Assembly: GCA_964016885.1 (NCBI GenBank)
Contig: OZ024751.1
Coordinates: forward strand, 50,220,001 to 50,284,000
Source of the DNA: Eledone cirrhosa
Taxonomy: Eukaryota
Length of the DNA stretch: 64,000 nucleotides
Direction of reading: 5' to 3'
Both the position numbers and the translations under genes were made by a program. The notes beneath the pieces were generated by a model that was given only the letters and a program-made list of their open reading frames with translations, searched no databases and was not told the origin of the DNA. Positions 27,769-41,837 of this stretch are shown here, one piece after another. The stretch's first letter is position 1; each line of letters opens with the position of its first letter.

Positions 27769-29610
27769 CTACCACCCACCTTTCAACAAATTTACTGGGG
27801 GCAGCACTTCTCTCTCCACCCTCACCTTCGTTTCCAAGTGAAACTTGAAAAAGTTGATGAGGGATTGGCCGAATAGAAAAGTGTCTGTCTTCAGTCCTTT
27901 CAACCTCGTCCACCATACAACCTCTTTCGCTACTGCCACCAGACAGATGAAAATGTCCTGCCCTTCCTGGCTAAAAGAAGGCGGGGGGTCGATCTTCACT
28001 ATGGACTCGGCCGATAGTCGGATCCGTTCTACACGCGACAACAGCTGTTCGACATAACTCCACAAGTCAGTAATGCAGGTCCGTCTGACAGCACTTCCGT
28101 GCCTGTAGAGTTTATCTTGAACCGGCAGTGCCCCCCAGTAGCACTGCCAAGCGAGGGATTTTTGGAAATTATCCATCGTCCCCGGCTCGAAAGTCCTCCA
28201 GAACAGACTGGTTAGTTCGACTTCGTCGACTCCCAGAGCCTCTCCAAGTGCGTCGTCGCACTTGCCCACCACTAATCCCCTATAGAACTCGAGAGTGGAA
28301 TTTCCACTGACCGCATTGCCCGCCTGGTAGAGGGCAGTGAGTGCCTGGCAACATTCCAGATGCCAGTCACCCAGTTTCGGTCTCTTCTTGACCCAGGACT
28401 GCAGCTCAGTCAAAGAAACGAGCTGCAGAAAGGCCCGTCTGATAAACGGCGACCACACCTTTTCACCGTTTAGGCAGAATATCTGGAGATGCCGCAGCCT
28501 CAGCGCGTGTCTGCGCATCATTAGCCACGGCATGCTCAGCCCTCCACGCAGAGGGTGCTAGCAGCAGATGGACCGCCTTACCAGCGGAACCTGACCCCTC
28601 CACAAGAATTTGAAGAGGAGCCGCTCCAAGTTGGCGAGGCGCGAACGGGGGAAAAGGACGACAGTCAGACGGTAGTAGATGAGGGACGCGATGTACGCGT
28701 TCGCCACCTCCGCCCGACCTTTCAGTGATAGCTTTCTCGCAGCCCATTTCTGGGTGAGACTGGCTACCCTGCCCGTCACCTCGTCCCAGTTCTTATCCAC
28801 CTGGAGGTCTTCCCGAACCAAACCCCGAGCAACTTTACCGGTCCGTCCGTCCAGCGCCTAACGACGCTGTTGGACGACATGGACTTGCCTCTCCAGGTGC
28901 CGAGTTACAAGCCCACCGACTTTTCCGGGTTAAGTTTTGCTCCCGTCAACCTTTCATATTCCTCCAATAAGTTGCCGACCACCTCGATTTCTGAGGTGTC
29001 CGTCACCATCACGGTGATGTCGTCTGCATAAGCCTACACAGCGTTTCCGCGTCCCGATTCGAGCGGGATGCTCTGCAACAGCTCCAGCTTCCGCAGTAAA
29101 GGTTCGAGAGTCAATACGTACAGAAGGGAGGAGAGAGGACACCCTTGACGGACCGATCGGGAGACCTGAAACGGTTCCGAGAGGTGACCATTAATTTTGA
29201 CCACCGAGCAGGTGCTGCTGTGCATTGCAGTGATCCAGCTTCTGAAGAGCCGCTTTGAGGACAGCCTCCAGGTACCGATGGTCGACCTTATCGAATGCTT
29301 TCGATTGATCTAAATTGATCAGAGCCCCACCGAAGCCAGGTTTACACCCTACCCTCTCTATGATGTATCGCATCTGGTAGAGGTTGTCGTGTATGGGATT
29401 GCGCAAGTTTGCACCTCCCCAACCAAATCCCCGACGACAAGCGCCAACCTCTTAGCTAACACCCTGGTCAAAATCTTAAACTTTGTGTTGAGCAGAATTA
29501 TGGGCCTGAAATTGTCTAATGTGTCTCTCTTGTTCTCGTCTTTCCTTATCAGCGTCACTACGCCCCGGCTCACAGAACTGGGAATACTCCCGTTCTGCTG
29601 CCAGTTGCAG
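27769..29610 (-). pseudogene. Tx1/L1-clade LINE ORF2 fragment (RT domain to zf-RVT region), frameshifted
   Basis: Motifs GVVTLIRKD..K.D.LDNFRPIILLN..FKIL..VLA.RL, DQSKAFDKVDH.YL, SVRQGCPLS.LLYVL.LEPLL, AYADDITV, W..RKLSLKGRA and WGALPV.DKL occur in order across several frames. Confidence 0.9.
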
Positions 29611-29638
29611 TACTACTACTAATAATAATAATACTAAA

Positions 29639-29669
<31 letters not shown>

Positions 29670-30146
29670 AGACTAGAAGTACTACTACTACTATTACTAC
29701 TACTACTAAGACTACTGCTACTAAGACTAGAAGTACTACTACTACTACTTCTAAGACTACTACTACTACAACAACAACAACTACTACTACTACTACAACT
29801 ACTACTACTACTACTACTACTACTATTACTACTATTACTACTACTGCAACTACTACTACTACTACTACAACTACTACTGCAACTACTACTACTACTACTA
29901 CTACAACTACTACTACTGCTACTACAACTGCTACTACTACTACAACTACTACTACTACTACTACTACAACTACTACTACTACTACAACTACAACTACTAC
30001 TACTACTACTACTTCTAAGACTACTACTACTACTACTACTTCTAAGACTACTACTACTACTACAACTACTACTACAACTACTACTACAACTACTACTACT
30101 ACCACTACTACTACTACAACTACTACTGCTACTACTACTAAGACTG

Positions 30147-30185
<39 letters not shown>
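29611..30185. repeat. (ACT)n trinucleotide field
   Basis: ACT/ACA repeats directly abutting the Tx1 fragment. Confidence 0.95.
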
Positions 30186-30186
<1 letters not shown>

Positions 30187-30329
30187 AATGGCAACCTGTA
30201 GTATTTAAAAGTGTGAAACTATCAACGTGAGAAATATGGTTGTTGATATAATCTTGAATATAACAAAATATAAAGATTCTTATTCTCACCTTACAATGTC
30301 ATTGTAAGTCATTGTAAGATGTGAGAAAA

Positions 30330-30470
30330 CACAACGTCATTCTCGATATCTTGTGATAGAATACTCCCACGTTAATTAGCTCAGTGACGTTTGAAAAAAA
30401 CAATATAACGGAAATTAAAATAAATATAAGAAACGAGGTGATAATGATTCAAAATGGCTGCCGCACATCT
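30330..30470. promoter_or_regulatory. possible housekeeping promoter or TSS region
   Basis: Locally CpG-containing unique sequence with CRE-like half sites (AACGTCA, TGACGT), ETS-like ACGGAAAT and YY1-like CAAAATGGCTGCCG. Confidence 0.35.
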
Positions 30471-31240
30471 CCTTAGCATGTTTATTTAAATGCATTTGTT
30501 GGTGTTCGTTGTGATGTTGTTGTTGTTATGTTTTGTGTGTTTGGATTTTTTTCTTTGGGTTTTTTTGTTGTTGTTTTTTGTTTTTTTTAGTTTTAGTTTT
30601 TTTTTTGTTGGTGATGATGATGCTCCTGTTGTTGTTTTTGTTGATGATGATGATAATGATGATGATGATGATGATGCTGATGATGATGATGTTGTTTATG
30701 ACAAACACTCAGCTCGCTACTTTGTCATTTCATGTCAAGCAGTAGGTGTTTTTTTAGAGTAAAGATAACTATATTTTCTTCTTTAGTGTACCATATGTAA
30801 CCATGAAACTGCCTCAAGTTCTACAATACAAAACTGATTATTTTAAAGTGTTTATATTTATCTAAAAATCTTCGTTGTCGTTTTATGTAAGAAGCTTTAT
30901 TATAGTGCTTTCTTCATTTTGTCTGTTTGCACCTCGAAATAGCTTCCACTTAATGTTTTGCACACCAGATAATGTTAGCTTACATTGTCCATATGGCTTG
31001 CTTCATTGGGTTAACAATGGTATAGAATGTTGATTTTTAAAATATCTGTTGACACACACACACACAGACACACACAGAGGCACACTTACACACAAACACT
31101 TTCTCATAAGGCATAGACTTGAATATAAACTATAGAAAGATTTCAGTAAAGAATAATCAATCCCAATCTATAAACAGTTGTGTGCCAAACACCAGAGTAA
31201 TCAAGGGTTTGTCTTTTATTATTGTCTAGCTAGCTACAGA

Positions 31241-31665
31241 GCGGTAGATTGGCAGAATATGTAGAGCCTCAGACACCATGCTTAGCAGCATAGAGTTACG
31301 GCCCTCTACATTCTGAGTTCAAATCCCACCAAGGTTAGCTTTGCCTTTCATCCATTACAGAGTCGATAAAATAAAGCACCAGTAATGCACTGAGATCGAT
31401 TTAATCGACTTTCCCCACTTCTAAAATTGCTGGCCTTGTGTCTAAAGTAGAAACAGTTATTGTGTAGCTTCAGGGCGATGGATTGGCATAATCGGTAGAG
31501 CGTCGGAGACCATGCTTTGCAGATAGACTTACGGTTCTTTACGTTCTGAGTTCAAATCCCACTGAGGTTAGCGTTGCCTTTCATCCTTACAGGGGTTGAT
31601 AAAATAAAGTAATATTAATACACTGGAATCAATTTAGTAGACTTTCCTCTCCCCTTGAAATTTCT
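31241..31665 (+). mobile_element. two tandem SINE A copies (long variant)
   Basis: Copies at 31241-31460 and 31472-31665 carry the B box GAGTTCAAATCCC and the GCCTTTCATCC core. Confidence 0.85.
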
Positions 31666-32261
31666 GAATCAAAAGCCATTATTGTGTAGCTATTATTATG
31701 AGTTATTTGGTAGTATGTGCTTTCAATGTTGAATATCATCCATGTGAAAGTTTGTTGTCATGTTAGCCGAATTATATGTTGTACAAGGTATGTAAAATAT
31801 CTGTTCTGTGTCTATTTTTTGGTTTTGTTTTCTCTGTTTAAATTCAAAATGTCTTCCATGGGATGAATGCTGTGCCTTGTTGAGCAAGTGTTATATAATA
31901 TATCAAATTGTAAACCCTGATAGTGGTTGTATTTTGTTTTCCTTCTTGTTCTATCTCATAAATTGTTGTTCCATTGTTAATATCATTATTCTATTCATAT
32001 TCCTACATCATCTTTATTTCCATTTCTAGGCATATGTATGTATGTATATATATATATATGTGTGTGTGTATGTATGTGAGTTAGTGTGTGGGTGAGTGTG
32101 TGTGTATGTGTGTGTGTGCATGTGTGGGTGTCTGAATGTTTAAGTATATATATATGTGCACATATGTGTGTATATGTATGTGTATATATATATATATATA
32201 TATACATATAAATTTACATGCATATATATATATAAAGTTTATCTCTCCACCTATCAAACTC

Positions 32262-32345
<84 letters not shown>

Positions 32346-33718
32346 ACATGAATATATCATGCATGTACAGTGTCAAGTATTGTGTGATATTGTTATTGCC
32401 TCAAAAGATAAATCAGAAATGCTTGCCAGGCCATGTATATAGAATAACTAAAAGTTTAGTGACACCGCAATATAAAATATGTCAACTCTACATTACAACA
32501 CATACTGTTCGCTTGAAATATACCTACATTGTTAGTTTATATCAATGGGTACATATGTATAGGGCTGCAAATTAGCAGTGTTGTTAGGGTGTAGGATTAA
32601 AACAAAGACTGTGGCCTGAGTTCAAATCTGCTTTAATCATTTCAAACTCAATAAATACACTACCAGCCCAGTACTAGGGTCGATTCTGTCCTCTCTCTGT
32701 TTCTCTGGCAGAAATCAGCTCCTTTCTGGCCTGGTGAGAGATGGGCTCTATTAGGTTTTAAATGCCCACAGTGTGTGTTTGTATAAAGCCCCTATGATTC
32801 CGTCAGAATTTGAAAACCATTTACCTTTTTTTACATATGTATATAAGTGTGCATGTATGCATACATATGTATGTATTTGTGAGTATGTTCGTGAAATCTA
32901 TATTGATTCTCTAATTAGTAAAAGTGTTTGTTTAATTATATTTGTAAACGTGAGTGCGTGCCTGTTACCAGTAGGGCTTTGTTTTGAGACAATTCAATGA
33001 CAATTCAATGATAAAATGAAAGAATATGTTACAGCTGGCACAGGGGATTAATTATGTGAGAGAAGTTTACGTCATACATTCAATGTTGTATTAGATCTAT
33101 ATTAAAAATATACAACTGCAAATATATCAACATATGTCATACCAAACTATTTGGCAGCACATTGGTAATAAATCATGCAGCACTGGACAAACGTCTCTAC
33201 AGAAGATAACTTCCATTCACCACAAAATAGATTAAAATCCTGCTTTTTATGGCTCCATTAATAAAGTAAATATTGCACACATGAGTGTATGATGTTTATT
33301 AAAATGACCATAGGTAGGACTGTACAGTTAAAAGATCTGCTTCAGAATCACATCTTTTTGTATTGGATTCTGACTGTTTCAGAATCATGTTTTCAATTGG
33401 ATTCTATTAAACAGTAACATAAGGATGGATCTTTTTTCATAACCTTAAGTCAACCAATGAAACAAAGGATAGGCAAACTGTATAGGAAGCTTGTTGGGTG
33501 GTGTGAAATAATACCATGCTCTTGATAATCCTGGGATGCAATATTAATCTCCAGACTCATTCAATATTGATTCAATAATTTCTACATTAACCATTGCTTG
33601 GTATTGAAGAAAACTGTAGTATTGAATTGATCTTTCTCACTACATGTACATTATTTTAGATAGCAAGAACTATTGATATATAGCTGGAAGCACACTACAC
33701 ATAACTATACACATATAG

Positions 33719-33965
<247 letters not shown>

Positions 33966-33974
33966 TATACAATA

Positions 33975-34160
33975 TATATACAATATATTAATAAATGGAA
34001 ACTATATTTATAAAACCATATTTATTTTATTATATATATTTCAAGGGCAACCAAGGCAAATTATGGTGCACTTTCATCAGATAAAAATACAGATTTGTTT
34101 TATAAATAAATATTGACATACCCGGAAAAAAAGACAACCTTAACGGTTGGAGCTTCCTGG
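33975..34160 (-). mobile_element. hammerhead element family C, single arm (hammerhead 34023-34088)
   Basis: Closely matches 44386-44580. Minus strand reads tattttat-CTGATGA-aagtgcacca...tggttgccctt-GAAA-tatatATA-ataaaata. Confidence 0.8.
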
Positions 34161-34172
34161 ATATATATATAC

Positions 34173-34229
<57 letters not shown>

Positions 34230-34232
34230 TGT

Positions 34233-34293
<61 letters not shown>

Positions 34294-34384
34294 TGGTGGT
34301 AGCTAAGATGCTTCCATAGGCGGTATGCCGGTTGAGCACTCTATGTTTATATATATATATATATATACTTATATATAGGTATAG

Positions 34385-34446
<62 letters not shown>

Positions 34447-34716
34447 CATTCATACATATATACATAAATTCTCAAGGATACATATATATATACACTCTTA
34501 CTGCATATATAACTATAGATTAATACTGTACAGATGTATATCTTCTTTGAACAAATAATAAAATCTTCTTTAATTTATGTCTACTTTAAATTTACAGCAG
34601 CTCGTAAACTGTGAACTTCCTTGTATTAGTTTCAGCTCCAACTGAATTATTTAAATTGTTTTTATAGGTTTCTTTACATATATCATTGGAATACTATATA
34701 TTACTGTCAGTAATGT

Positions 34717-34795
<79 letters not shown>

Positions 34796-34871
34796 TGAGC
34801 TGAATGGGTGTCTCAACGTTAGGCTAACTGAATGGAGTGAAAGACAAAAGTATATATATATACATATATAC

Positions 34872-35002
<131 letters not shown>

Positions 35003-35239
35003 TATATATATACATATATATATACTTCCATATATATATATATAGCAGGTGAGTTTTATTGTAGTACAATAAAGCAATGCAGATATCGGATAAGAAGCAC
35101 TCTACAGTTTGTAGGACTGGAGTATACATAATATAATATATATTTTATCTGATGAAAACACAAATGTTATTGCATGATGATATTTGTTTTTGAAATGCGC
35201 ATAATAAAATACATGGAACTCATTTAACCATCTTTTGAT

Positions 35240-35298
<59 letters not shown>

Positions 35299-35342
35299 AG
35301 AAAAAATTTACGAAATGGAAATGCGGGTATATAGAATTTATT

Positions 35343-35459
35343 AGGTAACAATTGTTTCTATAGTGTATGAGTTACCTATACCTCGCTACTTGAATAATAC
35401 ACAAATATTATCAAAAACCGAAAGTACACTGTAAGCCAACACACCATGTCATCAGACCT
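35343..35459 (-). ncRNA. type I minimal hammerhead ribozyme (GUU site)
   Basis: aggt-CTGATGA-catggtgtg...catacactata-GAAAC-aatt-GTT-acct-AATAAA. Confidence 0.75.
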
Positions 35460-35862
35460 TTGTATTAGAATGATATGAAAATATTTTATACACTAGATAA
35501 AAGATAAAGAAGGAGGTAGGAAGAGAAGGGGAAGAGGGAAGTGAGTAAGGTGGAGGGAGTCTTAGGGTTTAAGACTGTCAGACTAGTAGAGATTGTGAAG
35601 AGAGAATGTTTTGGCAGCTTAATGAGGCGTGCAAAGGTTGGCTGGGAAGTAGATTCTTCTAGTGGTGTTGTTCGGACAAAATTTAGTTAGAGGGGTCAAA
35701 GTAGTACAGTGTCACAGACAAGTTATTAGGGCTATTATAGTAGCAGGTTATTTCTAAAGGGGTCCAGAAAAACAGTGTTTAGTACTATTATTATAGAAAG
35801 CCATATCTAGTGTATAAACATATAAGACAGAAATTTGCAAACGTTGGTGTAAAAAGGTAACA

Positions 35863-36300
35863 TTATATGCATTTAAAAAAAGAAAAAGTCGTTTTCAAAC
35901 GATGGTTACAATATAGAGAACGTTCAATTTTGCTGTTCAAAAGTTTGTTTACCGACGTTAAAATGCAGTATATCTCTAAATTGCATAACTTGCAGAATCG
36001 ATGATTTTGCTGATATGCAGGCGCAGCTGCAATAATTTGCCAATCAAGGGAGAACGCTTGATTGTTCCTCCGAAGCTGCCAGGCTTTATCGGCGAGAGTT
36101 GTTACGGAGCGCATTTTCTCGTGCCTGATCGAAGATCGATGTTGGTATAGGCGAGCCTTGAAAGAAGTTGCGGTACATCCTACGTAATACCATTTGTTGG
36201 TCCCGGAATTTATTGTACACCGGTAGACAATATTGCGTGCTAGGCACTGGTTATTCAGTGGGCACATACCTGGTTTGGTGCAGTTACAACTATTTTTATG
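35863..36300 (-). CDS. PLE Neptune-type GIY-YIG endonuclease domain (RT missing; element truncated)
   Basis: CNC....MCPLNNQCL..NIVY.C..........YYVG.T.TSFK.RLYQH.SS...TTLA..AW...W.II......CKLCNLEIY.I......LLN.KIE...YCNHR.K. This is the Neptune Zn-linker plus GIY-YIG, and the frame is uninterrupted. Confidence 0.85.
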   Translation of the reverse strand, partial: HKNSCNCTKPGMCPLNNQCLARNIVYRCTINSGTNKWYYVGCTATSFKARLYQHRSSIRHEKMRSVTTLADKAWQLRRNNQAFSLDWQIIAAAPAYQQNHRFCKLCNLEIYCILTSVNKLLNSKIERSLYCNHRLKTTFSFFKCI

Positions 36301-36520
36301 TTTTGCAGTAGAATCCTGTAGCGAGGTATAGGTAACTCATACACTATAGAAACAATTGTTACCTAATAAATTCTATATACCCGCATTTCCATTTCATAAA
36401 TTTTTTCTCCATATTTTCTCCGGATTTTAAAACACACTTTATTATACGTTGAGCAATCTCTGACGTCAGTTGACTCCATCCAATGCAACTACTTAGTAAC
36501 ATTGGAATACAAATTAACGA

Positions 36521-36618
<98 letters not shown>

Positions 36619-36625
36619 TACTTCC

Positions 36626-36658
<33 letters not shown>

Positions 36659-37490
36659 CTTCCATATATATATATGCATATAACATCATGATCATCAGCG
36701 TTTAATATGTTACATGCTGGTATGAGGCTAGAGAAGTGTCCACGGCTTACTCATATATATATGTTTGGCTTGGTTTTCTATGGTGGATGTTGTAGATATT
36801 CTGTTTGAATGTAATTTTGGATATGCTTTTGAGCATGGTAGATTTTTGGCTAAAATCTGATGAATATGCTTCAATTTTCGTTTAAGGCTGTTTTCAGTTA
36901 AAAGTAATGGATATATTCCAGAGACTGATAATATATGGCCTGGTACATAAGGTATTAACTGATGCTATTTGTATAAACTATAAACAGTCAGAGTAATGAC
37001 ATCATGGTGGATCATGAATTGGCTTTGTTGGCTCAAGTATCACTACTCAAGATGCTCGACATTAATGCTAGAATTCGTATTGACTTTCTGATCTTCCTCA
37101 TTGCCTTTCTGCTGGCTACTTCATTTGCTTCTTATTGATATTGATAAATGTTACATTGGGAAAACGTGAGTAAAAAATCGAGTTATAGATTAAGCTAGGC
37201 ATCTAACATTCAAATGTCAGATGTAGTCATATGACGCTCTTGTATGTTGTGGCCAAGGGATTTAACTCTGGTTTGCTTATCATACATCTGTCTGTAAATA
37301 AATATAATAATTAAATGGTAATGTATTTTTGATAACATAGAATGTTCTTCTCACATGATCCATCCTTAGTTATAGCCAGAGGAACTCATATATCTCATAT
37401 ATTTCTAAATTAGATACAATTTATCCACCAGAGATATCTCTCCCTGTCGTGAATACTAATCTCTCTCTCTCTCCCTCTCTCTCTCTATCT

Positions 37491-37522
<32 letters not shown>

Positions 37523-37651
37523 ATATATATATATATTTCTCTTTCTCTCTTACTCTCTCTATATTTATTACCTATGTTATGACATAGCAGTATCTCTACC
37601 CCATTTTCACCCTTTAGATAGATAGCTATAAATCAAACGGTTTATATACGT

Positions 37652-37811
<160 letters not shown>

Positions 37812-38077
37812 GCCTATCTATCTATATATCTATATATCTCTCACTCTGCTGATATTTGAATGTATAATCATTCTTCTGAAATCAATATATAATCTCACAA
37901 TCAACGCACTACTCTACAATAGAGGAATATATAAAAATGGTCAGATACATACGTAAAAGCAAGGCCAGGAATTACCAGACAAAAGCGTTCTTAGCCATCA
38001 GTTGTCAACAGAAATACAAATACTATACTACTTCTCTAAGAAAAGATTACTGAGGAAAGAATTTCATGCACACACAT

Positions 38078-38197
<120 letters not shown>

Positions 38198-38364
38198 GTT
38201 TAACGTCCATCTTCCACGCTAGCATGTTTTAGATGGTTTTGTTTCATTTGATGCGGGAATGGATGGAAGTTTCTCTGGCAGGTTTTTTTACAGCTGGATG
38301 TCCTTCCTAAAACCAACCACATTTACAACACAAATATATATGTATATTTGTATATGTATGCATG

Positions 38365-38419
<55 letters not shown>

Positions 38420-38422
<3 letters not shown>

Positions 38423-38740
38423 GGGGGGGTGAAGCCACATGTCTTAGTGGTCAGAGCATTGGCAATCGTAAGGTTGTGAGTTCAATTCTCGGACCGGGTG
38501 ATGCGTTGTGTCCTTGAGCAAGACTCTTTATTTCACGTGCCTCCAGTTTACTCAGCTGTAGAAATGAGTGGCAACGTCACTGGTGCCAAGCTGTATCAGC
38601 CTTTAGCCTTTCCCTTGGACATCATCCGTGGCGTAAAGAGGGGAGGGTGGTATGCATGGGCGACTGCTGGTCTTCCACAAACAACCTTGCCCGGATTTGT
38701 GCCTTAGAGGGAAACTTTCTAGATGCAAATCTCATGGTCA
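38420..38740 (+). mobile_element. CORE-type tRNA-derived SINE
   Basis: A box TAGTGGTCAG and B box GAGTTCAATTC are followed by TGTGTCCTTGAGCAAGAC...GCCTCCAGTTTACTCAGCTGTAGAAATGAG, which aligns by eye to the MIR CORE domain. It is inserted in (TA)n. Confidence 0.75.
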
Positions 38741-38918
38741 AATATATATATATATATATATATATAGTAATATATTTTGGTCTTCAATTTTATTATTATT
38801 ACTATATATATAGTATTTACATTAAGAGTTTTACTTATTCCTACATTACCAGCAGTTTCAAAACATAAAGAAGTTGCTGGACATCAAGATATTGCTTCAA
38901 CCTAAAGATCTCAGATTG

Positions 38919-39075
38919 CGTTGCTTTAAATCCTGGATATGTATACGTCCGCTGAACATTAAATAATATTATGTCTAGTATTGAAGAAACGTTGCTTTAA
39001 ATCCTGGATATGTATACGTCCGCTGAACATTAAATAATATTATGTCTAGTATTGAAGAAACGTTGCTTTAAATCC
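38919..39075. repeat. 71-bp tandem duplication (2.2 copies)
   Basis: CGTTGCTTTAAATCC occurs at 38919, 38990 and 39061 with identical intervening sequence. Confidence 0.9.
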
Positions 39076-39393
39076 GTTCACTCTACTCTCAAATTACGTC
39101 ATGTTTTCGAATAAAGCTTCTTTAAATCCTGGATAACAGTAAGTCTAGTATTGAAATAATATTTCTTCAGTTCAACAATGGTAATGCCGATTACAAAGTA
39201 ACTACTGACAAGTCAGGATTCAGTCGGCGGGGTTTTTTTCTTCAATGTTACCTAACTATCCATTATAGTCATATGTGTGTATACATATAAGTATATGTGA
39301 ATAACGAACAATAAAGATAAAAATTAAAAAAATTATATGTTGCGTGTGTTTCTTTCTATTGTCAATATTGGCAACATGAACATCCCCAAATAT

Positions 39394-39437
<44 letters not shown>

Positions 39438-39611
39438 TAATAAAAACAATGAATAAAAACAAAGAAACAGTTCCTTATATTAAAAAATTCATCATTTTAC
39501 GATCGTTTCTAGAATATATATGTGTGTGTTGGTATGTATATCATATAGATCTATGTAAAAATTATATACAAATATATAAAATATAGATATATATATATAT
39601 ATTTGTATATA

Positions 39612-39694
<83 letters not shown>

Positions 39695-40046
39695 ATGCTT
39701 TTTCTTCCGTCTTTTTTTTTTATTTCCGTTTTGTCTAATGATGTTATTGTAATTTTCAAGGCATTATAATTGTCAGTTTTGTGTATTTTGTATTAATTCT
39801 GAATTTATTAAATTTTCTCTTTCTCATTTTTTCACATTTCTCTACATTCAAAATATTATTTTAGTTACAATACCGATATTTTTCCCCTTGTTTACAAAAT
39901 ATTTTCCATCTTACCTATTTATTTAATCCATAAAATATTACATTGCTCTGACTGGTGGATACACTGACAAGATATTACATTTCTAATGTTGTAATAACAT
40001 TTGTGTAAAAACCAATGATGTGTATGTTTATAGCTATGTTCTTCTT

Positions 40047-40407
40047 GGTGGTGGTGGTGGTGGTGGTGGTGGTGGTGGTGGTGCTGTTGGTAGTGGTGGT
40101 GGTGATGGTGGTGATGGTGAGGGTGGTGGTGGTGGTGGTGGTGGTGGTGGTGTTGGTGATGATGGTGGTGGTGATGGTGGTGGTAGTAGAGGTGGTGGTG
40201 GTGGTGGTGGTGGTGGTGGTGGTGGTGGTGGTGGTAGTGGTGGTGGTGGTGGTAGTGGTGGTGTTGGTGATGGTGGTGGTGGTGATGGTGGCGGTGGTGG
40301 TGGTGGTGGTAGTGGTGGTGGTGGTAGTGGTGGTGTTGGTGATGGTGGTGGTGGTGATGGTGGCGGTAGTAGAGGTGGTGGTGGTAGTGGTGGTGGTGGT
40401 GGTGGTG

Positions 40408-40451
<44 letters not shown>

Positions 40452-40625
40452 GGTAGTATTGGTGATGGTGGTGGTGATGGTGGTGGTGGTGGTGGTGGTA
40501 TTGGTGGTATTGTTGATGGTGGTATTATTAGTATTGGTGGTGGTGGTGGTGTTGGTGGTGGTGGTGGTGATGGTGGTGGTGATCGTCGTGGTGATGGTGG
40601 TATTGGTGGTATTGTTGATGGAGGG
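40047..40625. repeat. (GGT)n/(CGT)n trinucleotide field
   Basis: G-rich GGT repeats; source of poly-V/T/G ORFs. Confidence 0.95.
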
Positions 40626-41053
40626 GTGGAGGGAGGGGGTAGCTGGGCTGGATGTAAAACGATTTAAAATATCCATATTGTTCACTCTAGGAGTAAAAAG
40701 AAAATGGCTATTCTTTAATCTTTACCTGTAAACATAGTCAGTGAAATATAAACATTTATTCATGCACACACAACACACACACACAGACACATAAACATAC
40801 CCACACACACAAATACACATACAGGCACATCTGTGTGTGTTTATATGTACTAGCACCAACAGTTGTGCAAACATGAAGAAAAAACAAGAAATTCCTCAGT
40901 ACAATATAAGAGTTGTACATCATTAAATATTGGAAGTTAAAATTTCACTAACTTGATTAATAAGTTAATTGATATTTAACTTCTTATATCATTTTGGACA
41001 ATGGAAAAACAGAATCTTGAAAATTAGACCAGTGGCTAGTGAACTTTTAACTC

Positions 41054-41171
<118 letters not shown>

Positions 41172-41371
41172 GTGAGGTTTTTTTTACAAAATGAAAAATA
41201 AACGAGGTGTCCTACATGAGTGAAAGTATAAAGAAAAAGAGATGAAATCGAAAATGCAACTGGAGTCTTATTTTTTTTTTAAATATATATATTTATTTGG
41301 TTCCTTTACCTGTTTCGCAGTTCTTCTGCTTTTCAAAAGGTGAGTTGAGATGGAGGGTCTGTGGTTTTTCT

Positions 41372-41438
<67 letters not shown>

Positions 41439-41655
41439 CATTTCAAGTTATCAATAATGTAGTGATAATATATCGTCACGTTAGAGATGAACAGCGTACG
41501 TGTAGGTTTGCTCAACGAGTATAAATATATTCCGGAGAAAATGTAGAAAAGATGAATATAAAATGAAAGTGCTTTTATAAAGGAATTTATTAGGTATTGA
41601 CATATGTTTCTGTAACAGACGGAATACCTACGTATCGCTGCTTGCGTAATCATAT

Positions 41656-41837
41656 AATTGTTTCTACTTTAGGCACAAGGCCAGCAATTACCCAGTGCAT
41701 TACTGGTACTTTATTTTATCGACCCCGTAAGGATGAAAGGCAAAGTCAACCTCGGCGGGATTTGAACTCAGATCGTAAAGGGACGTAACTATGCTGGAAA
41801 GCATGGCGTCCGACCCTCTACCGATATTGCCAATCCA
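41656..41837 (-). mobile_element. SINE family A, short young variant
   Basis: Near-identical to 10682-10869. Confidence 0.9.

Larger units (their letters stand above)
35293..36480 (-). mobile_element. 5'-truncated Neptune-type PLE with inverted pLTR
   Basis: Contains a GIY-YIG ORF, a hammerhead (35343-35459) plus AATAAA, and a ~97-bp inverted repeat (35293-35389 vs 36318-36414, 1 mismatch). It is flanked by (TA)n. Confidence 0.9.

Noticed and set aside
37053-37170. Hydrophobic short ORF MLDINARIRIDFLIFLIAFLLATSFASY* and a GTGAGT donor
   Set aside because: The stop precedes the donor and the ORF is only 28 codons, which is insufficient evidence.
39975-40731. Gly-rich and Thr-rich ORFs
   Set aside because: They come from a (GGT)n microsatellite that is open in multiple frames.
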